Shown here piece after piece: positions 1-12,920 of a stretch of DNA of 64,000 nucleotides. The notes below the pieces were generated by a model that was not told the DNA's origin, ran no database searches, and worked only from the letters and a program-made list of their open reading frames with translations. The position numbers and the translations under genes were made by a program. This stretch comes from Psammoneis japonica (Eukaryota), in NCBI GenBank assembly GCA_008632985.1, contig QPGO01000004.1:682001-746000 (forward strand). The letters run 5' to 3'. Every line of letters starts with the position of its first letter. The stretch's first letter is position 1.

Positions 1-61
1 AAACTTCCTCCAGTTTATATTAGCTTACTTCCCAAGACTGCTCAGGCACCTGCCGCACAGC

Positions 62-1314
62 TCAGAAGAAATTAGGAATGATGCTGGGCACGGTTCTAAC
101 GTATTCGCGATAATCCGGATCTGCGCCATATTTTGAAGTCGCAAGTTCCACAGTGTTGGAGATGGTTCCTGAAGCTTGTCCATTAAATAAGGTCCACATG
201 AACCACGGCGACAAGAGCGAGTAGACCACTCTTCTGTAGCGCATGATCTTTTTCAACAAGGATGCATCTGCGGGGACTGGCTCAATCAACGCCGGTGCAT
301 TCATCACAAAAATCCCAGCCCAGAGAAGCAGATTCCCAAAGTAGTTAGGGTGTTGACTAATCGACCACAGTCCTACACCGCAGAACTAAAAAAGAAATGG
401 AAACACTGGAGTTAGACAATGATAGACGACAACTAGTAGCTACCGGTAAGTCGATTATTTTTTCACTTACCTTTTCCGGATTAGCATTTTTGAAGGCAAA
501 TTTCTGAAGGTCAGCGATTGTTTCAATCAACAGACCAGCAATGTACATGGCTAATCCGCTAAAAAGTGTTACTTTATTCCCGGGAGCTGACGACGTTGTT
601 CCAAGCGCATGGGGTAGGGAGCAAGCAATGCCCCAAATGGTAGACACAAACCAGAAGGTTGCTGTGTTTTAATCAGACAAGAGAAGGAAAGTTAACAACT
701 TGACATTCCAAAGTCGAAGTTGTGCTTTCGCTGAAAACGCAGCACTTACCAGTTCCACTAGCAGTTGAGAGCACATCCTCAAGGCGCGAATCAGGGCCTT
801 TCTGAAGAACGCGGTTAAAGAGAAATCCCGCAAGTTTGATGCCCCATAGAGCGACAGCTGCACTGGATACTTTGACACGTTTTGGTATGTCCCCACCATC
901 AAGTAACATTGGCAATGCAGCAACCGCGAAAGCACCTGTACCCAAGAGATCAAGATGAACCTGCGTGGATGACACCATGCTTATCAAAAATCCGAGGAGG
1001 TTGATACGTAAAATCACGTTGTTGTATTGCCAAAGCGATGATCTATCAAACGAAACCTTAGACATTGGAAGGCTTGAAGATGACTCGCCCCCACCACGAG
1101 GAGTCTTCGAGATTGACGACTTTACAGTGTCTAGCGATTTGCTACCGCCCGGTTTCATCAGCGGGGATCTCAGGATCCCGGTAGGATGCGAAGCTCGACC
1201 AGTCTCGACTGCAAACGCCTTGGCTACGGTCAGCGAGCAAATCAGCGAAACTAAAGCTATCACCGAACATCCAGCTCTACCAAAACAAACTCGGCGACTT
1301 CGATTTACGACCAT
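62..1314 (-). CDS. DUF1295 (steroid 5-alpha-reductase-like) membrane protein, 3 exons: ~1314-750, 661-471, 385-62; probable bipartite plastid presequence
   Basis: Spliced motifs LWGIKLAGFLFNRV..DSRL, IETIADLQKF and GLWSISQHPNYFGNLLLW. GT-AG introns at 749-662 and 470-386 keep the frame. N-terminus has a hydrophobic stretch followed by AKA-FAV. An alternative upstream ATG lies at 1410. Confidence 0.85.
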
Positions 1315-1544
1315 GATGGACAAGGCAGGATGACGCTTTTTTGAACTTACAGGCAGCTTTTCACTTGGGAAAGAGCGCAGAAGCGAAGAGTGCATACCCC
1401 ATTTTTTCATTTTTCACACAACATCAAACATCACGGATGGATCGCGCTTTCAAATACTTTTCATATTCAAGGAAGGATACGAATTAACGTTGGCATCTCT
1501 CACATTCAAATAACATTCGTAACTGGTTTTGTGCATTTAATCTA

Positions 1545-1995
1545 CGGTCAAAGTTTGTCTGTCTGTCACACCACTGGACACGTGGCAACTTTCATTGACT
1601 GCCAGTGGACAGCTGTGGATGCTGCACATGGCGGATGGTGGAGTGTGGAGGAAAAGGTTCTCAAATGTAATCTCCTGCAGAAGTGCATGTGACCTCATGC
1701 AGTGCACAAGCATTTGATGACCCTCGCTTGCAAAAAGAAGATGCCTCGCTGCTCTTTTTGAAAAAGTTTGTGCCCCCCAGCACCACCACAGCTGCCACAG
1801 AACAAGCGTGCTGCAAGGTTGCAGAGCACCAGAAACCATCACCATGCAAAAATGTTGTGTTTCTTGGGGAAGCCCCCATGAGAGAAAGTTTGCACCTCCC
1901 CAGGAATGTGAGAACACAAGAAGTGTTTGCGCAGAGGAGCACCAGGAGGAACTGTGCAGCGAAAAGAGAGTTTGAGCTTCCCCAGGAACAGCCCC
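1545..1995 (+). mobile_element. Truncated copy of a Tc1/pogo-like MITE (same family as 3328-3959)
   Basis: Starts TA|CGGTCAAAG and aligns by eye with 3328-3870 (e.g. ccactggacac..cacatgg.ggatggtggagtgtgg..ctcctgcagaag.gcatgtgacct). Right end is approximate. Confidence 0.6.
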
Positions 1996-3327
1996 CCGCA
2001 AGATGAAGTTTGGGGTGGTTGGCCAGTTGGAGTGTCCAATGGTGGAAAAATTGGTTTCCATGCAGATGACATGAAGACCCAAGGAAGGACAGCCGCTCCG
2101 ATCCATTTGAGCACTGATTTGGAACGAGCTCGATGAGCTGACTCCAGATGCGATCGCCGATGGTTCGGAGCTCCCGTCCATTGCACTGTTGGGTCTCACG
2201 CACTGTCCTGTGACAAAGCAAACCACGTGCTGCATCATGCAGCCAAGCTGCATTGATGCCATGGGGCAAAAAAGAGCAAGGTGTTGTGATTGCAACTGTC
2301 GCTTTGATGGGAAGCAAAAAATGTTCCAAACAAGAAGAGGCAACTGCCAACATCCGAGTGGGAGAGTCACAGGTGCCAACAATTGTTTGCAGCATCCAAC
2401 AACTGCATTCACTGTATGAGTCAGCTCCTCTTCTCTCTTTGGGAAAAAAATTCCATCGTTCCTTTTCTGTGTCATGCATGGTGCGTTGTCGACGTTGGAA
2501 ATCAAAATGTGTCATTTTCTGCATCTGCCATGGGAAACTGGCAGAAACAAAAATGATGCTTTTCATGCATGTGCATTCCTTAGATGCTGACAATGACATC
2601 TGCAGCAGAAACAATGAACCCAGTGATTGCAGACTCATTTGCGCAGCAGTCGTGAGTGCCCTGCTGAAAAGTCAGCAAACAGATTGCCAGTTGGTGTGTC
2701 TGAATGCTTTGTGACAGTCAACAGTGCCAAGAAATGCACAACCATCAAAATGAGCACTGTTTTGCACATTGTGGCCATTGATCTGCAAACAATCAAGTCC
2801 CGTGGCAGGAGATGCAGTGTGTTTTTTGTTGTTCTGAGCATTGCATGGGGTGCAACTTCAAAATGCCATGTCATGTGCGGTGATGACACACAGCTTCGTG
2901 TGCAAAAGCACTTGGTGATGATGATGTGTGAGCCTCAAGTGACCAGGAGGCAGGTGGGTAAATTCTCTCTGTCTGTGCATTTGGGGCATTTGTCAGCACA
3001 ATTTCAATGGATGAAAAAGATGCAGAGAGTCTGTCCAGCATTCACAATTTTTTCCGAGTGCCCCAATCCACTGATTTGCAGACTGTTTCAGTGCAATTCC
3101 TGCACAGGATTGTTCAAACAGCAGCTGTCCAGACATGCGTGTCCCCCAGAGTGCGTGCCTGCCCATGGCCCCATCATCACACAACATCACAGATGGACAG
3201 CTCTTTCAAATGATTTTCATGTGATGTTCATGCAAGAATTGGAGTGCAGTGCAAATTGACGTTGGCACCTCTCCTCAAACTTGACATTGACATTTACGCA
3301 ACTGGATTTGCAACACATGAAACAATG

Positions 3328-3959
3328 CAGTCAAAGTCTGTCTGTTTGTCTGTGCCACTGGACACTTGGCGAGCTTGTCAGCCTGACATTTTGTTGACCA
3401 CAAGTGGCTCCACCGGTGGGTGCAGCACATGGTGGATGGTGGAGTGTGGGAGAAAAAAATTTTCAAATGTGGTCTCCTGCAGAAGCGCATGTGACCTTGT
3501 GCATGTGGTGCACAGGCATTTGACAATCCTTGTGTGTGAACACCACATGATGTTGCGCTCTTCTTTTTTTAAGAGTGCAGGTGTGGGGTGCTCCTCTGAA
3601 AAGAGCTCCTGCAGCGTGCTGGCCACAAAAAGGGAGTCAACACTCCCTGGAGGTGCCCCCACAAAACACAAGCATTGCAAGTTTGCAGAGCACAGGGTGG
3701 GCAGAAACTGCTGCCAACCCACATGCAAAAATGTTGCTTGTGCCCCCACCCGGGAGGAACCCTGCTCCTCGGGAGAAACAAGTTTGTGCATCCCCCCTGC
3801 AGGAATGCAAGAACAAGAAGTGTTTGCAGAGTGCCAGGAGCACAATGAAAGAGTTTGCATCTCCCCAGTGGCTCTCACAACATGAAGTTTGCAGACCCCC
3901 CCAGAAGTTTGCAGAGAGTTGCCAGAGAGTGGCAGACACTGGACACTTGATTTTGACTG
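3328..3959. mobile_element. Tc1/mariner/pogo-like MITE, ~630 bp
   Basis: Termini CAGTCAAA...TTTGACTG with degenerate inner TIR. Flanked by TG on both sides, which fits a mutated TA target-site duplication. Confidence 0.65.
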
Positions 3960-4665
3960 TGCACAGCACCACAGATTGAACAATGTCCTCTCACCTGTCA
4001 TCTGTCTCATCCACCAGCCCTCTTTGTGCACACTTTTTACTCAAGAAATCTCCAGTGCACGATGGACAAGAAGAGGAGGCAATCTGGAGTTGGCCATTGA
4101 CACAAGTCAGGAACTGGCAACAGCAAAAACAAAAAGTGTTGTTGCAAAGGCAGGTTTTCCTTTCCAACACACTCCCTCCCAAGTTGATGTTAAAGCAGTG
4201 ACAGCCATTCCCTCCAACCTCACCTCTGACAATGCCGCCATCACTCCCTCTCTGTTTCTCCTGCAAACCAAATTCCTGTCAACCTGAGCTTCACTTTTGA
4301 TCCTCAAGCCTTTGATGAAACCCACAAAGATCCTCAACAAGCACTGCATTGTGCAGTGGTCAAAGCAAGAGATGCCATCTTGTCTCATGCCAGCACTCAG
4401 GAGCATGTGAGAGCCTGCTCAGGGGAGTCCAAGGGCTCTGCCAGGGGGGCTTGCCTGCAGGGGTGGAATGGCTTTTGCGTGTCGCCATCATCTGAGCAAC
4501 AAAGCAAGCACACTGCTGCACATGCTGACTGCATTTTGGGTGTCACCACATGCCACACGCGTGCACACGCAGCGACAGCGGCAAGAATCGCAGTGGCAGC
4601 TGTCCGTCCGTGCCACCTCCAGCCCAATCCAGGATGCAATGAACAAACCTCCATCTGACAACCCA

Positions 4666-5070
4666 CTGCAGACGCGTTCCAGCCCTACCGTAGGTGGGAC
4701 TCCGTGTGACATTGGGCCCGTAGAATTCTACGTGCGAGCTCCGTAGTACGAGAATTTAATTAATGGATATATTTATCTTCAACATCAAATAAACGCCCAA
4801 GTTTGTGGTACAATTATGCCTCTTACCACTCGACGTTTTTGCAACTTCGCCTGCCCTACGCGATTCTTAAGACATTATAGAATCGCGCTGTAACAAAAAA
4901 TGTCAAAAGTTGTTGGACGGATCGCTCAATAAGTGTACCGTAAAATGACACAAAATATCGAAAAAATCACGTAGAAATCTACGTGCGCGACATACGACGA
5001 GACTCAAAAAACTATCGATGTCACAGTTCAGTAGTACGAGGTCCCACCTAGACCTGGAACGCGTCTGCAG
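4666..5070. mobile_element. ~400 bp MITE-like element with terminal inverted repeats and an unmutated interior
   Basis: ctgcagacgcgttccag at 4666 and its reverse complement ending at 5070, plus an inner taggtgggac/gtcccaccta match. Interior is rich in TA and CG. Confidence 0.75.
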
Positions 5071-7376
5071 AAAGACACATGAAGTTAACACCAAGCATCA
5101 CACTTTTGGTGCTGGAATTGTGCTGTCCATGGTGGAACATTCAGAGATGACGACACTGCTGTCACCCATGCACAACCATCAAAGTGCGGCCTCCTTTGTT
5201 GCACCTTGTCTGTCATCAACAGGAGGAGGAGGTGGAGCCAATGGGAACAGCGCGGCTTCAACAGCTGTCATCCGAGGTGCACCGCTTCCACTGCTCTCAT
5301 CCAACACAGTGCTGCACCACTTGTTGACTGGCATGTGATCTGTGAAGGCATCCATTGCACTGGAAGATGCTCCACTTGTTTTGAAAAAACCAGAGTTTGG
5401 TCATTGGAAGGAGGACAGCCAGCATCTCTGACAGACTTTCAAGCATCGCAGCGCATCAACAAATGGGACAATGATGTTGGCTCACATTTTTCCTCAATGT
5501 CACCTTCTTGGAGCACCAACCTTGATTGACAAGCTCACTGTTGTCAATTGTGGCTTTCCCAGTTGCAAGAAAGTCAACAAACTCACTGCAAAATTTCAAG
5601 TGCAGGTTCTTGATGCCAACAAAATCAAACAGCCTGGCTGCACTTTGAGTGAGTGCTGCTGGGGCTGCAGAAGCAGAGAGACTCAGAATTGTGCCAAAGG
5701 CTGCATTGCTGTTTGACACCAAAGCAACAGTGGAAAGTGGAAAAGATGGCTGGCTCATCCAGATCTCAGCAGATTGCATCAGAGAGCAAGAAGCACAAAA
5801 AAAGAACGGTGCACAGCTGCACTGTCCAATGATGTAGAAAACAACCACCCCATCAGAAGCATCAACACGCGGGAGTTGAGAAACAAGGAATTGCTTGTGC
5901 AGTGAAGTGTGCAATTGCTTGTGGAAAAAGCAAAGTCTGTGGGCTCATCATCAGATGAAAGCATTGATGCACTGGCAGTTGTTGGAAAGAGGTTGAAACC
6001 AAAAGCTCATGCAGGAGGATGTGCTGCATTCAAAAGTTGGCCAGTGACAAAAGACATCATGCTGGTGGGCAATCCTCAAGCACTCAAGCAAGCAGTTGAT
6101 GCATCATCTGGAGGAGAGGATCCACCATCCAACTCATCTCTTCACATTTGGACACCGCAAGACAACAGCCCATTGCCTGCTGAGACAGAGACAAGACATC
6201 TCACAAATGCAAAATCAAGACCGCATCTGTCTTGGAAGCTTGCAGTGAAAATGCCAGCTGTCAGGAGGGCTGGGACAGCAACAGGGATGACAACTGGTGG
6301 CATCCAAAATGTGTGTTGTCACTTGCATCGGCTGCAAGAATGCAGCACCACATGCAGCACAGCAACAAGAGTGGACCCAGAGGTTTTGCAAAACACATCG
6401 CATGCTGGCAATGATCACACACCATGTGCTTTAGCAGCTGTGTCATTGGCGGCACTTGGACAACCATGAAAATGGAAGGGACAGCAATTGAGCTCAGCTT
6501 TCTCCTGGAATCAGCTGTTGTGGAGCTTTCAAAATCATGAAGCGCATCTGTGAGAAGCTTCTGTCCAACAAAAGCCTCTGGCATTCCACTGGATCAGAAA
6601 AGTCAACAAAGCAGCTGACATTCTTTTCTGCTGCATCTTCCCTTGCTTTCCAGTGCAATCACCAACCAACCAACATGCTGCTTCTGCATTGATCTCATTT
6701 GCCACATGGAATGTCCACAAGTGTTTGGCACTTTTTGTCCCATTGTTTTGCCTTGTTGGCATCTTTCAAATGTCACACCTGCACAAAAGGGGCTCTGTCA
6801 CCTGCAAAGCCTCAAAAACGAGCTGACACTGGTGACTCTTTGCCATCTGCATCTTCTTTTTTTCTGCCCACTTTGCCTCTTGAAGATCTCCTGCCTGTTT
6901 TGACATCTTGAGGCACTCCACAATGGCTCTTTCAACCAGTCTTTTGTGTTTTGCTTTCTGCAGAGGTGTTCTTGGGTTTGTCATCATTGCAAATTATGTC
7001 TTTGATTGGAGTTGCCTCTGGAACAATTGGGAAGGCCGCAACTGTCCAGTGGAAGCAGGTCCCAGCATCAGAGCTAAAAAGAACCTTCCACTGGGCATTG
7101 TCAACCATGACAAGAAAGAGATCACAAGGCCCCAGCTTGCTTTTGACATCATTGCAAGCATTTTTGACAAACTTGACTGCCCGTTGCCTCCAAGCAGTGG
7201 TTCAAGACAATGCCACATGAAAGGGCAAGCACATTGTGTCGCATGCACCTGCCTTTGAATGATGTTCCTGTGAAAATGTGAGGGCTCAAACTGCCGCTCC
7301 TGCTTCCACTTGGTGCATTGTGTGAGTTCTTTGGATGATGTCAGATGACAAACATGAAGCCAAGAGGTGTGACTGC

Positions 7377-7615
7377 TGACAGGATTTGAACAAGATTTTA
7401 GTTCATAACACACAATTGTGTGTGCTCTCAGTTCTGTGCAACGTGCACGATGTAGTTTGCTTTCAAGCCACTTGGCTCACAAGAATGACAACAGTGGCAC
7501 CAATGTCATGACACCAGTCTTTTGGCTCCTACAACGGCATCTGCATGGACACTCATCTGCCATTTAGACAGCAGTGAGGAGTTGTTGTTTTTCTTCCACC
7601 CACTTTTCGACGTCA
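7377..7615 (+). mobile_element. Solo LTR, copia family A
   Basis: TGACAGGATTTGAAC...TCA, homologous to the LTRs at 9691 and 17319. Flanks actgc/gctgc match 4 of 5 bases (probable TSD). Confidence 0.8.
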
Positions 7616-7929
7616 GCTGCACGCACCCTCAGCTTCTGCACTGGTTTCTCCGCACCTTCTTGCACTGATGTTGTCCTTCTCAGACAGTGTTGATTTGGCT
7701 CCAAAAAGCCCATTCTGTCCATGTTTTCCAATGGCACATCCTTGTTGCAGCATGCTGAGCAATGTTCATCAGTGGAAAACGATGAGTGTTGCGGCCTGTT
7801 GGCTTGCATGCTGGTTGTCATTCATTGTAATTTTCTGTTGTCTCAGAAAATTTTCTACACAGGTTCCAGTGCAAGTTCCACACAGATCTGCAGATGCTGC
7901 TGACGATCTGCATCTCATTTCCCCGGACC

Positions 7930-8380
7930 ACTTTTGTCCTTGCCAATTGGTCTTCAGTGCCACTTCTTTTCCTTGCCGTGCAATCAAGCACTTCACTCTT
8001 TGTGTGGTGAATGTGCTGCTTCTGTTGCAGCCCTTTTCAGCAAGAACACAAGTCATCCCATCATGCCATTTGATTGTTGTCCATTTGCTGCTGCTCCCAT
8101 TGGCTTTTCTGTGCAAGATCTGGCATTGTTTCTGCATGTTGCCACCCACCATCTACGTGTCACTTCTCCAGACTGCTTTTGTCCTTGCCAATTGGTCTTC
8201 AACCCCTCTTCTTTTCTCCACTGTGCAGTCAAGCACTTCACTCTTGTGGTGAATGCGCTGCTTCTGTTGCGGCCCTTTTCAGGAAGAACGCAAGTCATCC
8301 TGTGGTGCCATCTGATTGTCATCCATTTGCTGCTCCCATCGGCTTTTCTGTGCAAGATCCAATGCTGCTTCCACATGCAA
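7930..8380. repeat. Diverged tandem duplication, ~247 bp period
   Basis: ttttgtccttgccaattggtcttca...ggcttttctgtgcaagatc occurs at ~7931 and ~8177. Many of the differences are TG vs CA. Confidence 0.8.
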
Positions 8381-8409
8381 TGAATGTTTTCTCTGATGAC
8401 CTGCTCATC

Positions 8410-9935
8410 AACATCCACAAGGCCCTGCACGGTCTCTGCAGCTCTGGCCTCAGGTGGCATGAACGCTTTGCTGATTGTCTGCTTGCTGAGGGATTCTTCC
8501 TGTGCTGTGCCAAACCCAACATCTGGTTGCACCAGAATGGTGACCACTGTGAACATGTGGCAGTGTGTGTGGATGATTTGGCCCTTGCCATGAAAGATCC
8601 TCAGGCCTTCATTGACACTCTCACAAGAAGCACAGGTTCAAGCTCAAGGGCACTGGACCTCTAGAATTCCATCTCGGCTTCGACTTCTGTCATGACTCTG
8701 ATGGCACACTGTGCATGGCTCCTTGCAAGTGCATTGAATGCATGGTCGAGAATTGTGCGTCACTGTTTGGGGAGAAACCTCACACCAATGCACTGTCACC
8801 TTTTGGGAAGGGAGACCACCCCAAGCTCAACACCTCCAAACTGCTGGAACGTGAAGGCATCCAACACTTCCAATCCCTCATTTTTCCCTGCAATGGGCTG
8901 CAACATTGCCACAGCCATCATGTCCCTCTCCAGCTTCTGTGCCACACCTCGTCAAGGCCACTTGGATTGGGCCGAATGCATCTGTGGATTCTTGTCCAAG
9001 ATGCAACACATGGCACACTTCGAGTGTGCACCAAGGAACCCGATTGTTCAGACCTTCCCAAGCTCATGCATGACTGGGCTCAAACCATGCACGGTGATGT
9101 GAAGGGACTGATCCCTGAAGATGCACCACCCAAGCCCCTTGGCAAGTTTGTCACCACAACACACTGTGTTGACACAAACTTGCTCCATTGCATGCTCGCT
9201 GGATGATCCATCACACTGGCATCCTTCACATCCTCAACAAGTTTCCAGCTGTTTGGTTCTCCAAGAAACAGGCTGCAGTTGAGACCGCAACTTGTGGATC
9301 TGAGTTTGTCACTGCCAGGACATGTGCAGAACAGACCATTGATCTGCGCACCATGCTGCATCACCTTGGAGTCCCCATCCATGACCAATGTCACATGTTG
9401 GGGACAACAAGTTGGTTGTGGACAGTGCCACCATCCTGCACTCTAAGTTGCACACAAGCGACACACGGCCCTCTCATTTCATCGTGTGCCCAAGGCCATG
9501 CCTCTGGTTTCCTTGAGCTCCACTTTGTCGAAGGTTCCCGCAACCCCGCTGACATCCTCAGCAAACACTGGAGATGCTCCCAGGTTTGGAACCTCCTCCA
9601 TCCTCTCATGTTTTGGAACTCTGATCCTGAGGCCTTCAGTGAATCTGATTTCGAATCCATTGCTGTGGACTCCTCAAGCAAACTGGGGAGTGACAGGATT
9701 TGAACAAGATTTTAGTTTGTCACACACAATTGTGTGTGCTCTTGGTTCCGCATGTGACATGCATGATGCAGTTTGCTTTTGAGCCACTCGGCTCACAAGA
9801 ATGACAACAGCAGCACTGACATCACGAACCAGCCTTTTGGCTTCTGCAACGGCATCTGCACGGATGCTCATCTGCTGTTTAGACAGCAGCAAGGAGTTGT
9901 TGTTTTTCTTCACCCAGTCATCTTCAATTCTGTCA
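8410..9935 (+). mobile_element. 5'-truncated Ty1/copia (CoDi-like family A) remnant: RT, RNase H, PPT and 3' LTR (9691-9935)
   Basis: KALHGLCSSGLRWHE, VAVCVDD (=YVDD), KKQAAVETATCGSEF and NPADILSKHW. PPT aactggggag lies directly before the TG..CA LTR. Frameshifted. Confidence 0.9.
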
Positions 9936-11064
9936 CTTCTTGCAACAGCAGCAATGGCGTTCAGAGCTGCAAACCTGGTGAGTGCAGGCACAGGAGCACG
10001 TCAATTGACGGCGATGCACTGGGCTGTGCGCAAAACTGTTTCACCTGCCACCTCTTGTTCGAAACCCAAAATTGGTCAAATTGACATTTTGAGCACACCT
10101 TGCGGCCAAAATTGGCTGTTTTCTTTCAATCTGTTGGTGGACCCATGCAAGAAACAATCAGAAAGTCAATTTTTTGACACAGGGGATTTCCAAAAACTGA
10201 AAATGGACCTGTTCTGCTGATTTTCAAGAAAGGGTCTGCCGGCAGTTCATTTCCTTGTTGCTTTTGGTGCAAACATGCGCAACTGTCAACTGAAAATTCC
10301 ATGTTTTTGACTTTGAACAAGCACTTCCTTCTCACTCAATTTTGCCCGTGGGAGATGTTTGTTCCCCGTGCACAATTTGCACCAGAGACACAGTCGTGGT
10401 GGTCCAAGCGGTTTTGTGTCCAGCACAGCGCAGAAGACGCAAGAAGCATTGCACAGCAAAAAACCAATCGATTTTGGAAACAAAATCGGCTTTTGCACAG
10501 ATGCCAAAAAGCAGAGGACATGCCGGTTTTTTGCTTGTGCCTGCTGCAGACAGCCCCACAGTCCATTGTGAGTCTGTGTTGCACGCGTCGACCGTTTTCG
10601 CGCACGCAGCTCACGGCTCAGTTCAGTGCGAATGAGATTGGGAAGCAAGGTCGCGGATGAATTCGCGGCAAAGGAGCAGGCCCCACGCAGCTACCGGTAA
10701 GCTGCCGTAGACTGTCACACCCTGTATGCCACCGGTGCAGGTGTTCGTATTGTAGTTCCAGTTCGCGGCAAGCCGCAGTTCGAGCTTGAAAAAACATTTA
10801 TTGGACACAAGATGAAGACTTACTGTACTTCTTACTTTTAAAGCATGTGTATTTATTCTTTAATTTTGCGAACATTTATTGGATTAAAAGGCGAAGACAT
10901 ACTTACAGATGTTTGCTTCTGTTGTCGATGCATGATCCAGGCGTGAATCAACTCATCCATCTCCCGTTTCTCACTTTTTCTCTCATTATATCCCGTCTCT
11001 AACAATTGTTGCCATTTTTGTTAAATAACAATAGCATCGACAATTACAAGAGAAACCAAGGAAA

Positions 11065-12920
11065 ATGAAGTTGGCGGCAACAAACATGCTGTTCCTCCTC
11101 GCTATGACAACGACAGGACTCACTAAGGTCTTCGGAGTTGGTGAGAAGGCACTCGGTTTTCCCGAGAACGGGAAAGATCTCCCTCCACAGAAAAAGTCGG
11201 TGGTGGCACAAGGCGCGGCTATCTTGTTTTTAAAACCAGACTCGGGCGGGACATCTTCACCGAAAAACGACATCGACGGAACCCCACCTTTAAAGCAAAC
11301 ACAGAAGAATCAGCAGTGGGTGGACAACTCGATCAAGCCACAGAAAAAAGGAGAACAGGAAAGCAATCCGATCGGGAGTGCATCGAACCTAGATGGCCAG
11401 TCCGTCAAGCCTCCACGCGGTCTAGTGCAGGAGCCAACGAAGAGAGACCAGCAGCGATGCATCATCGCGCGCCCGCACAAGGTATGCGAGCACCAAAAAC
11501 ATAAACCAGAAAAGTTTAAGACATGCAAGAAGAAATGGAAGACCCGGGTAAAATTCTGCCAAGCCCGAGCCCAGCAGGAGGGGGCGAAATGCGAGAACTA
11601 TCCATTTTGTTTCGAGGCCGATTTGTGCTGTCTTTTCAGCAAGCAAGACGCTACCCAAAATCCTCGTCCGACAATGAAGCCAACGTTGACGCCAACAACA
11701 ACGCCGGCCCCCACATGCGCTTTCCCTTGCAAACATTTCTGCATCGACTCGAGTGATGACTGCTGTGGCGAAGCCGGATACTGCGAAGACACAAAGTGTT
11801 GGCTAAACCAATTCGACGAATACAGATGCATTGACTGGAACGCAACTTGTGTGTCTAGCTGCGGCGTGAGTTGTCTCGAAGCAGGCGAAGACTGCTGTGA
11901 TGATACCCATCCAGATCTATCGTGTACGAAAGGGACAAAGTGCTGGACCAATAAGCGAGGATCACTACGCTGCATCCGTCGAACGCCACCGTTTGCTCAA
12001 AGGGCCACTGGTGCTCGCCAGGCAAAACCTGCTGTGGTAACAGCTGTCTCGACAAAGGCGATACATGCTGCGATGATACGACGGGATCCTGGTGCGAAGA
12101 CAGTAAGTGCGTCAAAAACTCAAAAGGAGAGCACCGTTGCATTTCGTGGGATGCCACAGAATGTTCGCAGGATCGTTGGTGTGTGCCGTCGGAAATTTGT
12201 TGCGGATCTTCTTGCTGTCCGGAGGCCACCTCGGAATGCTGCAATGGAAATTGCATGCCCAAGGGGAGCACCTGCTGCCCGTCAGGCGATCACTGTCCCG
12301 CAGACAGGGACTGCTACAAGGGTAAGTGTTTTCCGAAAGGCGTCTCCATATGCCCCAACGACATAAGCTTTTGCAGCAATCTGGAGCAAACATGCTGCAA
12401 GAACCCCAAGACGCAGGAGCTGACGTGCTACAGTCCACGGTGTCCATTGCCCGGCGTGGCGAAGACCGTGCATGTAAAAGGAAGCGAAAATATCTTTTCT
12501 TTTGACTATCCCAAGTTTCACAAATGGTGTAACCTTCGCAAATATCGCAAGGGATGGCGCCTTGTTTGGGACACCACTTTTACCGAGAACATTCCGGACC
12601 AGTTTGAAGATTTGATTGAAGATGCATTGGAAACGGCAGCAAAGGAGTGCGTCATTACGGCAACTCTAAGGTCGGGAGCGGTCCAAGCCGCGAAATGCAT
12701 CTTGACAGTAGGAGCCGGTTGTGCCGAATGGGTGTCCGTTTTTATAATGCTCTTAAAGGAATTCGGCAAGTGCGTTGGGCCCAATATCGCGGACCAGCTC
12801 AAGAGCGACGTTTCAGATTACATTGAGACGGTGAATGATCGGCTAAAGGAAGCTATCCAAATTGAGAGCTACGAAGAGCGCAAGTCGGATATAACTTGTC
12901 ACTGGCCGTGCAGTTGCTAA
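11065..12920 (+). CDS. Secreted cysteine-rich repeat protein (~620 aa if the 1-nt frameshift at ~11977 is corrected)
   Basis: Signal-peptide-like N-terminus and a PT-rich linker. CxxxxDxCC repeats continue in the shifted frame (NATVCSKGHWCSPGKTCCGNSCLDKGDTCCDD) into ORF 12183-12920. TA and Tyr content are normal. Confidence 0.7.

Noticed and set aside
5071..7370. Possible transposase in ORFs such as 6908-7258 (NCPV motif)
   Set aside because: Too degenerate. No second motif supports a family call.
11065..12920. Frustulin assignment
   Set aside because: The Cys spacing does not clearly match the frustulin acidic cysteine-rich domain as I recall it.
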